Shown piece after piece: positions 30,671-41,791 of a DNA stretch of 64,000 nucleotides. The DNA is from Gemmatimonadota bacterium (lineage in GTDB: Bacteria; JBHIER01; G020348925). Position 1 is the stretch's first letter. Each line of letters starts with the position of its first letter. A model generated the notes under the pieces. The model did no database searches and was not told the origin of the DNA. It worked only from the letters and a program-made list of their open reading frames with translations. A program made the translations under genes and the position numbers. Location: NCBI GenBank assembly GCA_020348925.1, contig CP070758.1:886469-950468 (forward strand). Reading direction: 5' to 3'.

Positions 30671-31174
30671 TTATGACACGTACGACGTGACCACTTCGAC
30701 AAACTCATCCGGCCGATCGGGTGTTACGACAAAGTTTTTATCAGCAGCTATGAGGACCCCATAATCCCTGTGGGTGGCGTATATTTTAAAGCTACCCAAC
30801 TCCTTGTTCCTGAACGATCCGTAGTATCCAAAGAGTCCTCCGTTGCCAAAGGTCCGGCTTGATTTCATGAATCGGTCTCTCTCGATCCGAGTCACCCTCT
30901 GTATGCTCCCCATTTCGATTCGTACCGGTGCCACTTTCCTCTCGATGCTTATTCCGGTTTCGTCGATCAAGAATCCCTGAGGAGCGTAGAGATATGAAAA
31001 CAGGAGGATCACAATGTTGCATACAACGACCAAAAATGTAATGAACTGAGCCGTCATCTGCGAGGCAGTCAGAAACAGAGCGATTGCAATGACGATCGTT
31101 TCAAGAACGAAAAATGCCACCACTGCATACGTCATCGTTTTGAGCGACTTATCCCAAGGGGCATCATAATACAT
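30671..31174 (-). CDS. Membrane protein with bacterial PH domain
   Basis: Two TM helices; RTFGNGGLFGYYG.F...LG.F..YAT...VTPD.P..F. Confidence 0.8.
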   Translation of the reverse strand: MYYDAPWDKSLKTMTYAVVAFFVLETIVIAIALFLTASQMTAQFITFLVVVCNIVILLFSYLYAPQGFLIDETGISIERKVAPVRIEMGSIQRVTRIERDRFMKSSRTFGNGGLFGYYGSFRNKELGSFKIYATHRDYGVLIAADKNFVVTPDRPDEFVEVVTSYVS

Positions 31175-31801
31175 TTACTCAGTCCCTTTGGTAACACCGG
31201 GGCTTTTCATCTTTATGTGTCGAATCAATCTGACCGCCTGACTCTTCAAAAGCAATACAACCGCTGTGCAGGTAACACCAAGAACCGCACCGAAGAGAAC
31301 ATCGAAGGGAAAATGGACACCCACATAAACGCGGGAGTACCCGACAAGGAAAGCAAGCGGAATAAGGACAGGCGTCAGCTTCCTGTATGTATAGGCAAAA
31401 AGGGTCGCCTGTGCAAAAATATTGGTTGCATGAGAGGAGGGAAAGGAGAACGCTTTCGTACAATGCACCAAGAGGTGCACATTTTCCAGAACGTTACAAG
31501 GCCGCGTTCGAGCAAAATACGGTTTCAGAACGCTGCTACTGAGTTGATCGGAGAGAGCCAAGCAGACTCCAGCCAGGAGCGCCACAATCCGTCCCTTTTT
31601 ACCCCCGAAGATGAGAAGGCCCACCCAGATCACGGCCAGTGGAATTCGCCAGTTGTCAATCTCTGTCAAAAACGGCATCACGACGTCGAAGAGACGGTTG
31701 TGTGTTCCGTTGTTGACGAGATAGAAGAGAGCAACATCCCATCGGGTCAATATCTCAAGAAAAAGGCTTAGAGTTATCGGCAGCATCATCTCCTTTCGCA
31801 A
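31175..31801 (-). CDS. PAP2-family phosphatase (undecaprenyl-diphosphatase-like)
   Basis: KPYFARTRP, SFPSSHA, SRVYVGVHFPFDV. Confidence 0.92.
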   Translation of the reverse strand: MRKEMMLPITLSLFLEILTRWDVALFYLVNNGTHNRLFDVVMPFLTEIDNWRIPLAVIWVGLLIFGGKKGRIVALLAGVCLALSDQLSSSVLKPYFARTRPCNVLENVHLLVHCTKAFSFPSSHATNIFAQATLFAYTYRKLTPVLIPLAFLVGYSRVYVGVHFPFDVLFGAVLGVTCTAVVLLLKSQAVRLIRHIKMKSPGVTKGTE

Positions 31802-31835
31802 TGTGTAATGAGGTCATCTTTCAAAAGTTCTCCTC

Positions 31836-33359
31836 CTATTGCTTCTTCTCACTGAAGATGTCCGCAGAGAAAATGAAGATTTCCGTATCCTTTTCTCGCC
31901 ACGCATCGGTCGGGAGCCCGGCTTTCAGACACGTATGCTCTAAAAATGTGTTTCGATCCCAGCCGTATTCCGTGGCCACCTGTGGCAAAAGAAGCCCGGA
32001 ATAATAGCCCTTCTTGATGTAGATCCCGTGGAGACCGACTTCGATCTCATCCGTATGTTCGATCTTTCGCAGCGGTGTCAGAGCCGATATCTCGATTTCA
32101 AGATCCTTCAGTTCACGCTCGGCTACCGGCGTAAACCGTGGATCGCTCAGCGCGGCCGATTCTGCCATTTCGCGGACAGTCTCATGCAGAGGTTTGATCG
32201 GCTCGATGTATCCGATGCAACCCCGGAGTTGACCGTGTTTATTGATCGTAACGAAAGCTCCTCGATGTTCTGCGAGGACCTCTGATGTGACGTCGAATTT
32301 TGGAACATCCTCTCCTTTCACCCTCTTCTCAATAGTGGTCCGCGCAATCTCTAAAAGAAGTTTCTTGTCCTCGGCACTCAAGCCCACTTTAACGCCCACC
32401 TCTCTCTGTTCCTCGGACGGTTTCCCATCGGCGCTCTTGTAAATAGCCACAGATGCATATCCAACACAATAGCCACTTCGTTCGGCCATGACATCATTTG
32501 AATTGGTCCGGGCAATGACCTTGGCCTTATCGGCTCCCAGCTCCTTGGCCGCCAAAAGAGCCACCGTTATGGGGCCTCCGCCGCAGGCATGATATGCTTC
32601 CTGCCCCAATCCTTTGCAGAACTTTTCAGGATTATACTCCTCGATAGCCTTGAGCGTCCGTGTGTCGGCCGCCACACATTCGTCATAGGAGTACCCGTGA
32701 TAAAGATCCGAGCTTGCCACAATAAGGACACTCCTTCCCTTCGCCGCTTTGGCTATCGCCATGGCGAGTCTTTCACACAAACTGAATGACCGATCGGCCA
32801 TGACGATAGGCACAATCTTCAACCCAGGAATGGCTTCCTGAAGAAAGGGAAGTTGCACCTCCAGGGAATGCTCTTCCCGGTGCCCGACTGCACTCGATGT
32901 GATGACCTCATCACCCTCCACAAGAGCCTTGGCGAGAACCTCATCAACCGGCACCACACCGAGCGGCGTCTCGTATCCACCCTCGGTGTAAACAGAAGCT
33001 CCTGGGAAATACTCAGAATGGCTCGGTGCAATCACGACGACGGCATCATACTTGTTCCCCGCAACCTGTTTATATGCGACTCCGGCAATCCCTCCAGAGT
33101 AGGGATAGCCCGCATGGGGGGAAATCAGGGCCAGTATTTCACCATCGATTGCGGCGGATTCGGCCCTCTGCAGAAATCCATCGACCTGATTTTTTAAAAC
33201 CGTTGGATCAGCAGGATAGAAAGCTCCTGCAACCGCCGACTTGCGAACCTTCTTGGGATCAATATCCTGTGGGCTCATGAACGACACCCCCTTTGAAGAC
33301 TTACAAAAAACCAAAGTCAAAATACAAAATCCAAAAAGTACAACGATTCGCTTAATCAT
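31836..33359 (-). CDS. MEMO1 (AmmeMemoRadiSam B) - AMMECR1 (A) fusion protein with signal peptide, copy 1
   Basis: PHAGYPYSG, EHSLEVQLPFLQ, ASSDL, CG; GAFVT...LRGCIG...DPRF...LLLPQVA...C.KAGLP; leader MIKRIVVLFGFCILTLVFC. Confidence 0.92.
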   Translation of the reverse strand: MIKRIVVLFGFCILTLVFCKSSKGVSFMSPQDIDPKKVRKSAVAGAFYPADPTVLKNQVDGFLQRAESAAIDGEILALISPHAGYPYSGGIAGVAYKQVAGNKYDAVVVIAPSHSEYFPGASVYTEGGYETPLGVVPVDEVLAKALVEGDEVITSSAVGHREEHSLEVQLPFLQEAIPGLKIVPIVMADRSFSLCERLAMAIAKAAKGRSVLIVASSDLYHGYSYDECVAADTRTLKAIEEYNPEKFCKGLGQEAYHACGGGPITVALLAAKELGADKAKVIARTNSNDVMAERSGYCVGYASVAIYKSADGKPSEEQREVGVKVGLSAEDKKLLLEIARTTIEKRVKGEDVPKFDVTSEVLAEHRGAFVTINKHGQLRGCIGYIEPIKPLHETVREMAESAALSDPRFTPVAERELKDLEIEISALTPLRKIEHTDEIEVGLHGIYIKKGYYSGLLLPQVATEYGWDRNTFLEHTCLKAGLPTDAWREKDTEIFIFSADIFSEKKQ

Positions 33360-34927
33360 CTCTCACCAAAAACCTGGGTGGCGTAAACGTAAAGTTCCGC
33401 TCCATCCCTCCATGCCCCTGAAGGCAGGCCGGCTTTTCGACACAAGTGCTCCATCTCCTCCTCTTTCGTCCAACCCGCCTCGAGTGGCACTTCCGGAAGG
33501 TAGGTCGCTGCCCGTCCTCCCTTTGTCAGAATAATACCATGTCTTCCCAGTTCAAACTCATCAAGATTATCAATCTTGTAAACATTGCTGAGATAGACGG
33601 ATATTTTGATCTCAATATCATCGAGCTCATCCACTGAGAGCGGTGGAAAACGGGTATCCTTCACAGCAGCGGCTATGGCCCGATCAGGTATGAGCTTGAA
33701 GAGGGGAACATCATGACCATGATAGCCGATACACCCTCTAAGAAGACCCTGTTTCGTAATCGTAACAAACACCCCTCTCTTTTCGTTCAAAACCGGATGC
33801 TCAGGCTCGTACTCGGGTGTTCGCCCTGTCCTCACGTATGTCTCAATAGTCTCTCGTGCCATGCGTAATGCCACCTGCTGCGCTTCCTCATCTAGAGGTT
33901 CAAAGGTAATTTTCTCGTCTTTCATATCACCCTGATATACTGCTACTGCTCCATAGCCGACCACTCTGTCTCGGTCTCCGTAGGGAGTATCCCCTGAATT
34001 TGCATATTTTAAAATCTTTACGGCATTCGCTCCAAGGCCACGGGCAGTTATCATTGCGACAAGGACCGCCTTCAATCCACAGAACGTGCAGCTTACATTT
34101 CGATACCCAGCTCCCATAATCTTGGAATCCGTCCGAACGAGCCGCTGCACATCAAAGCTTTCAACTGCGGCCAACATCTCCTGATCTATCGACACCGCCT
34201 CATCGTATGTCGGATAGTGAGACATATCCGAACTCGCAATGAGAACCACATCATCTCGTTGGCTGATCAGATCAACGAGAGCTTCGGAAAGATGCACACA
34301 ATCCTCAACGCTACAAAGCGGCCCAATGACCACGGGTACAAAATCGAATTTTGGCAAGACTCTTTGCAGAAATGGCAATTGAATCTCCAAACTATGCTCG
34401 TTTGCGTGAGCCTCAGGAGCAAAGGAGACAAGGTCACAGGTTGAGATGAGGTGATGTGCCAGTTGGGTATTAATAGGCACGACACCTAAAGGGGTTTCGT
34501 ATCCTCCTCTCGCGTACACCGAAACACCTCGGAACGAATGACGATGGCTTGGACCGAGGAGCACAACTGTTCGCACCCCTGAGCCCCGAAGGAGCTTCAG
34601 GGCGTGCGCGGCTACGGAACCGGAATACCTGTATCCGGCATGGGGAGCAATGAGTGCTACAAGCTCTCCCTCAACTGTTTCATCAGGGGCTTTGCTCAAA
34701 TAACCGTCGACTACAGCCGAGAGCTCTTCCCGATCACCGGGATACCATGAGCCGGCAATAACGGATTTTCGAATTTCCCGATCGATTACATCTGCGTTGC
34801 TCGCACCCTTCCCGGAATCGGAAGATCCGCGACAGTCCAGTGAAAAAAGAGACGCACAGCAACTCACTGCGAATAGAACAGCCAACAACGATGGTGCTTT
34901 TGACCAAACCTTGATTTTCTGAGCCAT
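33356..34927 (-). CDS. MEMO1-AMMECR1 fusion protein with signal-like leader, copy 2
   Basis: PHAGYRYSG, EHSLEIQLPFLQ, ASSDMSHY, LRGCIG, DTRF, CRKAGLP; ATG 34927 directly after the ychF stop; ATGA overlap with copy 1. Confidence 0.9.
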   Translation of the reverse strand: MAQKIKVWSKAPSLLAVLFAVSCCASLFSLDCRGSSDSGKGASNADVIDREIRKSVIAGSWYPGDREELSAVVDGYLSKAPDETVEGELVALIAPHAGYRYSGSVAAHALKLLRGSGVRTVVLLGPSHRHSFRGVSVYARGGYETPLGVVPINTQLAHHLISTCDLVSFAPEAHANEHSLEIQLPFLQRVLPKFDFVPVVIGPLCSVEDCVHLSEALVDLISQRDDVVLIASSDMSHYPTYDEAVSIDQEMLAAVESFDVQRLVRTDSKIMGAGYRNVSCTFCGLKAVLVAMITARGLGANAVKILKYANSGDTPYGDRDRVVGYGAVAVYQGDMKDEKITFEPLDEEAQQVALRMARETIETYVRTGRTPEYEPEHPVLNEKRGVFVTITKQGLLRGCIGYHGHDVPLFKLIPDRAIAAAVKDTRFPPLSVDELDDIEIKISVYLSNVYKIDNLDEFELGRHGIILTKGGRAATYLPEVPLEAGWTKEEEMEHLCRKAGLPSGAWRDGAELYVYATQVFGER

Positions 34928-34928
34928 G

Positions 34929-35070
34929 TTACACATGGAAACGGTAGAAGATGATATCTCCGTCCTGAACAACATAATCACGCCCTTCTGACTGAAGCAA
35001 TCCTTGATCACGGGCATGAGACCAACCACCAGCCTGTCTGAATATCTCGAAAGGTACCACCTCAGCCTTA
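34929..35070 (-). CDS. ychF: YchF ATPase, C-terminal fragment (truncated by gap)
   Basis: KAEVV...EGRDYVVQDGDIIFYRFHV* is the characteristic YchF C-terminus. Confidence 0.88.
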
Positions 35071-35170
35071 NNNNNNNNNNNNNNNNNNNNNNNNNNNNNN
35101 NNNNNNNNNNNNNNNNNNNNNNNNNNNNNNNNNNNNNNNNNNNNNNNNNNNNNNNNNNNNNNNNNNNNNN
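35071..35170. other. Assembly gap (100 N)
   Basis: N run. Confidence 1.
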
Positions 35171-38100
35171 CACCGGCTCCTTGTCCCACGGCCCGTCCGG
35201 CCAGATCGTCATCCGACACCGACGCGTTTTATACCAGGTCGGCTCCGGCTCCTCAAAACAGAAATTCATGTCCCGCGTCCACTCCACGACAATATTCCGA
35301 GCCCACCAATTGTGATGGTCAGGATGATGGTGATACGCACACGCACACGCCAACGTGTCAACCCCCCCAGCAGGCACTGCGATGAGCTCACCACACAAAG
35401 CTCCCCCTTCCGGCGCAGTAAACAGCCCCCACGGCGCCTCGTAAAAGGCCACATTCACGAACTCATCCTCATCACACTCGTTGCGGAATATTGCCTCCAC
35501 AGTGTAATCGTCACACACACACGGATACTCACCGCGGTACGGATGGCTCCACGTTATATCCGGCTCCTGAATCTCGACACATCCTGCATTGTATTCCAAA
35601 CAGACCGCCACCATGTACTCATACCCATCGAAGCACTTCCAGTACCCGTTCTCACCATTCCAGATCCAGGAGTAACTCTCCGAATGACCGACGTCCCCCA
35701 GAATCCTCGGCCTGTCCGCACCATCCTTCATCTTCCACACGATGTAGAAACACCGCTTGGCCGGAATCTGTATACACGGACCATCACCCAACTCCACCGT
35801 CTCCCACTCCCAGTTGCCAATAAAACTGCCGGAAGGAATCATATCCAACGAATCGGCCAGCATCGGATCCCCATCATAGGGATAGCACACAGGACATCCA
35901 TCCTCCGGCCCCAAATAGACCCACAGATCGACCTCGCCCGGATCGTACCACTGGAACGAAACCGACGTCAGCCGGGCCTCTCCACCGGGATTGTAGAATC
36001 CCACGGCGTACAGATCCTGATCCGGCAGTCCGCTCCCTTCCAGAAAATCCTCAGGATCGCCCGCCACATGGTGGTCCAAGCACGTATCGCCCCAGGCCAC
36101 TGCACAGGGATAGAGCCACGGATAGAAATCGACGAAAGCCCCACGGGTCTCGATCACCTCATCCCCGTGACCCGAAGGGTTTCGGACCGCATGGTACGGA
36201 CCGGTGCACGAGCACCACCAGTTGCGCTCGGCATCCACATCAAAGAAGCTGTCGTTTATCAAACCATATGTATTATTGCAGAAATAGTTATGATGGATCT
36301 CGGCTCCCTCCGAATTCATCGCCACTTCGATGCCCGTATGCCCGTCCGAAAAGGTAAAACCGTGGTTGCTTTTCCCGATGATCACATTGTCGGCATCGAT
36401 GGCAATAATCGTACCCTGGCCTCCATCCACCACCAGGGTCACCTCAGGACCACCGGTCGAATAGACCTCCAGACCGTCCAGGGTGATGGTCGCATTGGTG
36501 GGATACCATCCCGGATAGACCCAGCACTCACTGCCGCTGACATTGGCAAAGGCATCGGCCAGGTTGTCAAAGCCGTTGCAGTCTTTAATAATGTCCTCAC
36601 CGTACCGACCCGTACCGAGATAGGCTCCACACACTTCCACCAGCCAGTCGTCGTCCACGTAAACCACGGTGAAGATGGGGTTGGCCGTCACGGTGAAATT
36701 GCACGTGGACGTATTCCCGGCTGCGTCTGTGGCCGTGCAGGTGACGGGATGAGGATCGACGCACACCTGAAAGACAGTGCCTGACGGCGGATCGCATGCG
36801 CACGTTACGCCCGGACAGTTGTCTGTGCACACCGGAATATCCCAAGTGGCCTCAACATCGCATTCTCCCGGCGCAGCGGAGACCGTTATATCATCCGGAC
36901 ACTCGATTGTTGGATCCTGGTTATCCTCAATGGTCACGTCGAAGGTGCAGAAATCTGTGTTGCCGGCCGCGTCCGTGGCCGTGCACGTGACCTGCGTCGT
37001 GCCCAAGGGGAACGTACTCCCGGAAGTGGGCGCACAACTGTACGTCACACCGGGACAATTATCGTCCACAAGCGGAGTCCAGGTAACCACCGCCTCACAC
37101 ACATCCGGATCGGTATCCTGCACGATGTTTTCCGGACACGTAATTGTCGGCGAGGTACCATCGTCCGCCAAATCCTCTATGAAACCGACCCGCATTGTCG
37201 GCCCCGCAGCCGGGAAATCGCCAATCCATACTCCGCTGGGGGTAGCACCGTACCAGTTTGCGTTGCACGGTACCGACGTATCGCGGAAATTGTACTCGGA
37301 TGAAACCCATAAATCATCCGCATCACCCCTGTTGACCTCCGCATCCAGATCGTCCGCATCTGCAACGTGCGATGTGGGGTGTTCTGCCGTTTCCACATCG
37401 ACCCCTTTGTGCGCTTCATCAACATTGACATTGTTTGTACCGCTGGTGATCCAATCCTGAACTTTCGATTCATCTATGTGATAGATCACGATACCCTCAT
37501 CCGGGTACGTGCCGTCCGGTGCCACCGGGGCACCGACTGACTCGTAATACGAGCTGGCCGGATGCCTATTTTCAATTAAGAAATATTCATCACTTGAATG
37601 AGACGGATCAATGAGAATATACGCCTCGGCAATTGTTTCCGCAGCGTCCACATCGTAGTAACCACATCCTGTCACCACGGTGGGATTCAGCCATCCCAAC
37701 TGGATCTTGCACCAGGCGGTAAAATGTGAGAACGTCCACGAGCCCCCGCCCATGAGTCCGTACTGTCCTATACCCTCTGAACCATCGTCTGTGTCGTACA
37801 GATCAGGCAGACCGAGATCATGACCCAACTCATGAACGTAGCTACCAATGTGTCTCTCCTCGTGGGTGTTATTGAACTCCCCCTCAACCTCGACGCCGTC
37901 CCCGGTTACCACCGAACCAATAGTCCACCAGTGGGACGCTCCACCTTGATCTCCTGACACAATGACGAAAATCGTCAACTCTTCATTCGTCACAGTACCG
38001 TCAGCAGGGTTTGTATCATACGGAGAAAAGTCAAAATCAGCATCAACATCCTGTATAGCCTCAGTCACCACAGGTCTTTTGTCGGTGGTCCACTGACTCT

Positions 38101-38521
38101 GGTCGTATGTGGAGGGATACCAACCCAAAACATCACCCGGAATGTACGTGAAATTTCCATACGAGACCTCAGTGAAGTAGTCTCTCGCACTGGGCGGACT
38201 CGTATCGAAAAACCTGTCCTCAAAATAGGCAATGGTGTGAGCAGGATCAGGGGCAACGTCCGAAAGCTCCACCAGGATAACCAATAGCTCCCGTGTTCCA
38301 GTCACAGGGACAGGGGGCGGGCCTTCAACCTCTTCCCCTATTCCGGCTTTGGCAAGTATCATATTCAGGGTTCTGTAATGCTTGGGGGGTTGTATATAAT
38401 CAGGCCCTTCCAGATCTCCCAGAACAATCTTGCGATCCTTGTCCCGTTCCGAGGGTGAGACCGTCTGTGTCAGTGATAACAGCATGATCGATATGATGAA
38501 CAGTACAACAATCTTATTCAT
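35171..38521 (-). CDS. Secreted M6 (immune inhibitor A) metalloprotease with two HYR domains, a short beta-helix and a shared unrecognised Cys/Trp-rich domain (3' end truncated)
   Basis: Signal peptide; HELGHDLGLPDLYD, GLMGGGSW, EYFLIENR; PTITCP...SGSTFPLGTT.VTCTATDAAGN; AERNWW; final ~300 aa homologous to the 46091 protein. Confidence 0.9.
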
Positions 38522-38651
38522 GGTTGTAACCTCATTTAAAAAATCCTTTGAGGTTCAAAATGTTCACTTTGAACCTCTTTCTCCTCATCTCTCTTTTCCC
38601 CAAACCCAAAACAAACCATTGACATTTCAGACATGTTATCTTTCTCTGTCC

Positions 38652-38679
38652 AATATATCATTGGTAAAATTTTTGTCAA
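38652..38679 (-). promoter_or_regulatory. Sigma70-like promoter of the M6 gene
   Basis: TTGACA-N16-TATATT(GGA); resembles the promoter at 45762-45790. Confidence 0.55.
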
Positions 38680-38846
38680 GTTCTAAATGGGGATTCCCTT
38701 GGATCCTCCGAGAGCTCTTCTTCGGTCCCTCTTCTTCGCTCAGAACAGGTTCTTCGACTTTGAAACCTTCGAGACGGTTACACTTATCTCTTTCAGCAAA
38801 CCATTCTTCTCAACGGAGCGCAAGCGCTTTTTCACCCGTCACCACC

Positions 38847-39758
38847 TCAACCCATGAGTATGGCCATGATCGCTTTCTGTATGTGGAGACGGTTTTCCGC
38901 CTGGTCGAAGACAATCGAATGTGGACCGTCCATCACCTCATCCGTAATCTCTTCACCCCGGTGAGCCGGCAGACAGTGCATGACTTTCACGCCCTTCCTG
39001 GCCAAACCGACCAACCGATCGTTCACCTGGAAGTCCTGAAACCTCGCCGCTCTCTCCTCCTGTTCCGCTTCATGTCCCATACTGGTCCAGACGTCGGTGT
39101 AGATCACGTCGGCTCCCTTCACGGCCTCTTGTGGATCATGGAGGACTCTGATCTCGCTCGTGCCGCAATGCTCAGCGGTTTTCAAGACGTCAGGATCAGG
39201 ATCATATCCCTCGGGAACGGCCAGGTGGAGCACCATGGGAATTTTGGACGCGAGGTTGATCCACGAATTGGCCACATTATTGCCGTCGCCAACCCAGGCC
39301 ACTTTCAGGTCATCCAAAGTTTCACGATGCTCCCAGATTGTGAGGATATCCCCCATGACCTGACACGGATGGAAAAGATCATCCAGACCATTGATAACCG
39401 GCACCGTGGCGTATCGGGCCAACTCCAACATATGGCTATGGGCAAAGAGTCTGGCCATGAGCCCATTACAATACCGCGAGAGGACTCTGGCCACATCGGC
39501 CACTGATTCCCGTTCCCCGATCCGAATCTCATTCGGTGAGAGGTAGAGGGCTGTGCCTCCCAACTGGTACATACCCACCTCAAAGGAGACCCGCGTACGG
39601 AGGGATGGTTTCTGAAAGATCATGGTCAATGTCTGTCCGGCCAGTGGCGTATGGGGTTCTCCCTTCTGTGTCTTGGCTTTTATTTCCTTGGCCGTGTGCA
39701 GCAGGTTCCAAACTTCGTCGGCAGAAAGATCCGCAATTGATACAAAATCTTTTTTCAC
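38847..39758 (-). CDS. argF: Ornithine carbamoyltransferase
   Basis: KPSLRTRVSF, HPCQ, GDGNNVA, DVWTSMG, HCLP, QAENR. Confidence 0.95.
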   Translation of the reverse strand: MKKDFVSIADLSADEVWNLLHTAKEIKAKTQKGEPHTPLAGQTLTMIFQKPSLRTRVSFEVGMYQLGGTALYLSPNEIRIGERESVADVARVLSRYCNGLMARLFAHSHMLELARYATVPVINGLDDLFHPCQVMGDILTIWEHRETLDDLKVAWVGDGNNVANSWINLASKIPMVLHLAVPEGYDPDPDVLKTAEHCGTSEIRVLHDPQEAVKGADVIYTDVWTSMGHEAEQEERAARFQDFQVNDRLVGLARKGVKVMHCLPAHRGEEITDEVMDGPHSIVFDQAENRLHIQKAIMAILMG

Positions 39759-39852
39759 TCTATGCTCCTTGCTTTAAGTCCCAGTGTGAGAATGTTCGAT
39801 TGTCGAAGGGTGAAGAGGTGCCGTTTTTCAACGTGCGGAATACAAATACTTT

Positions 39853-41223
39853 TCAGAGAATATACCGACTGAGATCTTCATCTTCGATGATATCCTGGAG
39901 CGTTTCATTGACCATCGCCCGGGTCACGCGTATCCTTTTTCGCTTCGAGTCAGGAACCGAGAAGAGGATATCCTCCAGCAGAGTTGTCAGAATGGTGTGG
40001 AGCCGGCGCGCTCCGATATTTTCCATGCGCTCATTCACGATGGTCGCTGTCTCGGCGACCTCTTCGATGGCCTCGTCGGTGAACTGTATGTGGACTCCCT
40101 CCGTTTTCAGGAGCGCCGTGTATTGCTTCAACAAGGCATTCCTCGGCTCGGTCAGAATGCGGATAAAATCCTGCGCCGTCAATCGGCCCAATTCGACCCG
40201 AATGGGGAACCGGCCTTGAAGTTCGGGGACGAGATCGGATGGTTTCGAAACGCTGAAGGCACCGGCGGCGATGAAGAGGATATGATCTGTTCGCACGAGT
40301 CCATATTTCGTGGCCACGCTCGTACCCTCAACGATGGGCAGGATATCTCTCTGGACACCCTCTCTGGAGACGTCCGGTCCGTGTGAGGCTTTCCCCTCCC
40401 CCGCAATCTTATCGATCTCGTCTATAAAAATGATCCCTACGTTCTCCACTCGCAGCTTCGCCTCCTGGATCACTTCCTCCATGTCCACCAACTTCTGCGC
40501 CTCCTGCTGGGCGATCATCCGATATCCCTCTGGGACGTTCACCTGGCGACGTTTCGTTCGTTTGGGCATCATGCCCCCGAACATCTCTTGGATATTGATC
40601 CCCATTTCCTCAATACCGATGGGCGAAAAGATCTCGACGATGGGATACCGGTCGTTTGGCATTTCCAATTCAAGGGTGCGATGGTCCAGATTGCCCTCGT
40701 GCAATTGTCGGCGAAGCCGTTCACGCGTTCTGGCATAGCGTTCCTGAGCCTCACGCTCCTTCGCAGGATCATCGAAGTTTTCTCTTTTTTTGGGGGATGC
40801 AGGAAAAAGGAGATCGAGAATCTTCTCTTCGGCCAGCCGATTGGCTTCCTCCTGCACAGACTGTGTCCGCTCCATCTTTAACATGGTTACGGCCAAGTCC
40901 ATGAGATCGCGAACCATGGATTCCACATCCCGTCCGACGTAACCCACTTCTGTGAATTTTGACGCCTCCACTTTGACAAAAGGTGCTCCAGCCAAATTCG
41001 CCAACCGCCGGGCTATTTCGGTTTTGCCAACGCCTGTGGGCCCGATTAAGATGATATTGTTGGGCATGATCTCGTCCCGCAGTTCGCCTTCGACTCTCTG
41101 TCGGCGCCAGCGATTTCTCAAAGCGATGGCGACCGCTTTTTTGGCCTTATCCTGACCGATAATGTATTTGTCCAGTTCGGCCACAATCTGTTTAGGCGTC
41201 AGCTGTTCGATCCGTTCAAGCAT
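39853..41223 (-). CDS. hslU: ATP-dependent protease ATPase subunit HslU
   Basis: [42 protein letters not shown]-terminal DLSRYIL. Confidence 0.98.
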   Translation of the reverse strand: MLERIEQLTPKQIVAELDKYIIGQDKAKKAVAIALRNRWRRQRVEGELRDEIMPNNIILIGPTGVGKTEIARRLANLAGAPFVKVEASKFTEVGYVGRDVESMVRDLMDLAVTMLKMERTQSVQEEANRLAEEKILDLLFPASPKKRENFDDPAKEREAQERYARTRERLRRQLHEGNLDHRTLELEMPNDRYPIVEIFSPIGIEEMGINIQEMFGGMMPKRTKRRQVNVPEGYRMIAQQEAQKLVDMEEVIQEAKLRVENVGIIFIDEIDKIAGEGKASHGPDVSREGVQRDILPIVEGTSVATKYGLVRTDHILFIAAGAFSVSKPSDLVPELQGRFPIRVELGRLTAQDFIRILTEPRNALLKQYTALLKTEGVHIQFTDEAIEEVAETATIVNERMENIGARRLHTILTTLLEDILFSVPDSKRKRIRVTRAMVNETLQDIIEDEDLSRYIL

Positions 41224-41225
41224 AG

Positions 41226-41750
41226 CTACAGTTCTTCGATCACGATGTGGCTATTCGTGTAGACGCAAATTGACGCCGTGATCTCCAACGCTTCCCTCAC
41301 AATAACCCGGGCGTCCAAGGAGGAATATTTCAAAAGGGCTCGGGCAGCGGCAAGGGCGTACGGAGCGCCAGAGCCTATGGCCACAATGCCATCGTCCGGT
41401 TCAAGCACATCGCCACTCCCGGAAATTATGAAAATGTGTTCTTTGTCGACAACGGCCAAAAGGGCTTCGAGGCGGCGCAGATATTTGTCCGTGCGCCACG
41501 TCTTGGCAAGCTCTACGGCCGCCCGGGAAAGGTTCCCGTTGTACTTTTCAAGCTGTCCCTCCAGTTTATCGAAGAGCGTAAAGGCATCGGCTGTGGCTCC
41601 GGCAAAGCCCGCCAAGATCGTATTATTGTACATGCGGCGTATTTTATTGGCTTTTTCTTTGACAATGGTCTCGTTGAACGTCACTTGACCGTCACCGCCC
41701 AGAGCAACCTTTCCTTTATGGCTGATTCCAATGATGGTCGTCGATCTCAT
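41226..41750 (-). CDS. hslV: ATP-dependent protease subunit HslV
   Basis: [30 protein letters not shown]. Confidence 0.98.
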   Translation of the reverse strand: MRSTTIIGISHKGKVALGGDGQVTFNETIVKEKANKIRRMYNNTILAGFAGATADAFTLFDKLEGQLEKYNGNLSRAAVELAKTWRTDKYLRRLEALLAVVDKEHIFIISGSGDVLEPDDGIVAIGSGAPYALAAARALLKYSSLDARVIVREALEITASICVYTNSHIVIEEL

Positions 41751-41791
41751 CTTTTCCGATCCTTGTCAGTCATTCGCATCCAGGATCACGT

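Noticed and set aside
29645-36784. Long antisense ORFs (29645-30628 and 35312-36784; likewise 5624-6616, 8464-9309, 44124-45140)
   Set aside because: They are shadow frames of well-supported genes on the opposite strand, with no recognisable motifs.
33356-38521. 1721-aa ORF suggesting an M6 protease-MEMO-AMMECR1 fusion
   Set aside because: It reads through a 100-N gap. The left side of the gap carries the ychF 3' end and a separate start at 34927, so the fusion is an artefact.
38847-39758. SLRT motif suggesting an N-acetyl/succinyl-ornithine transcarbamylase
   Set aside because: HPCQ, DxxxSMG and HCLP are retained, as in ordinary OTCases.
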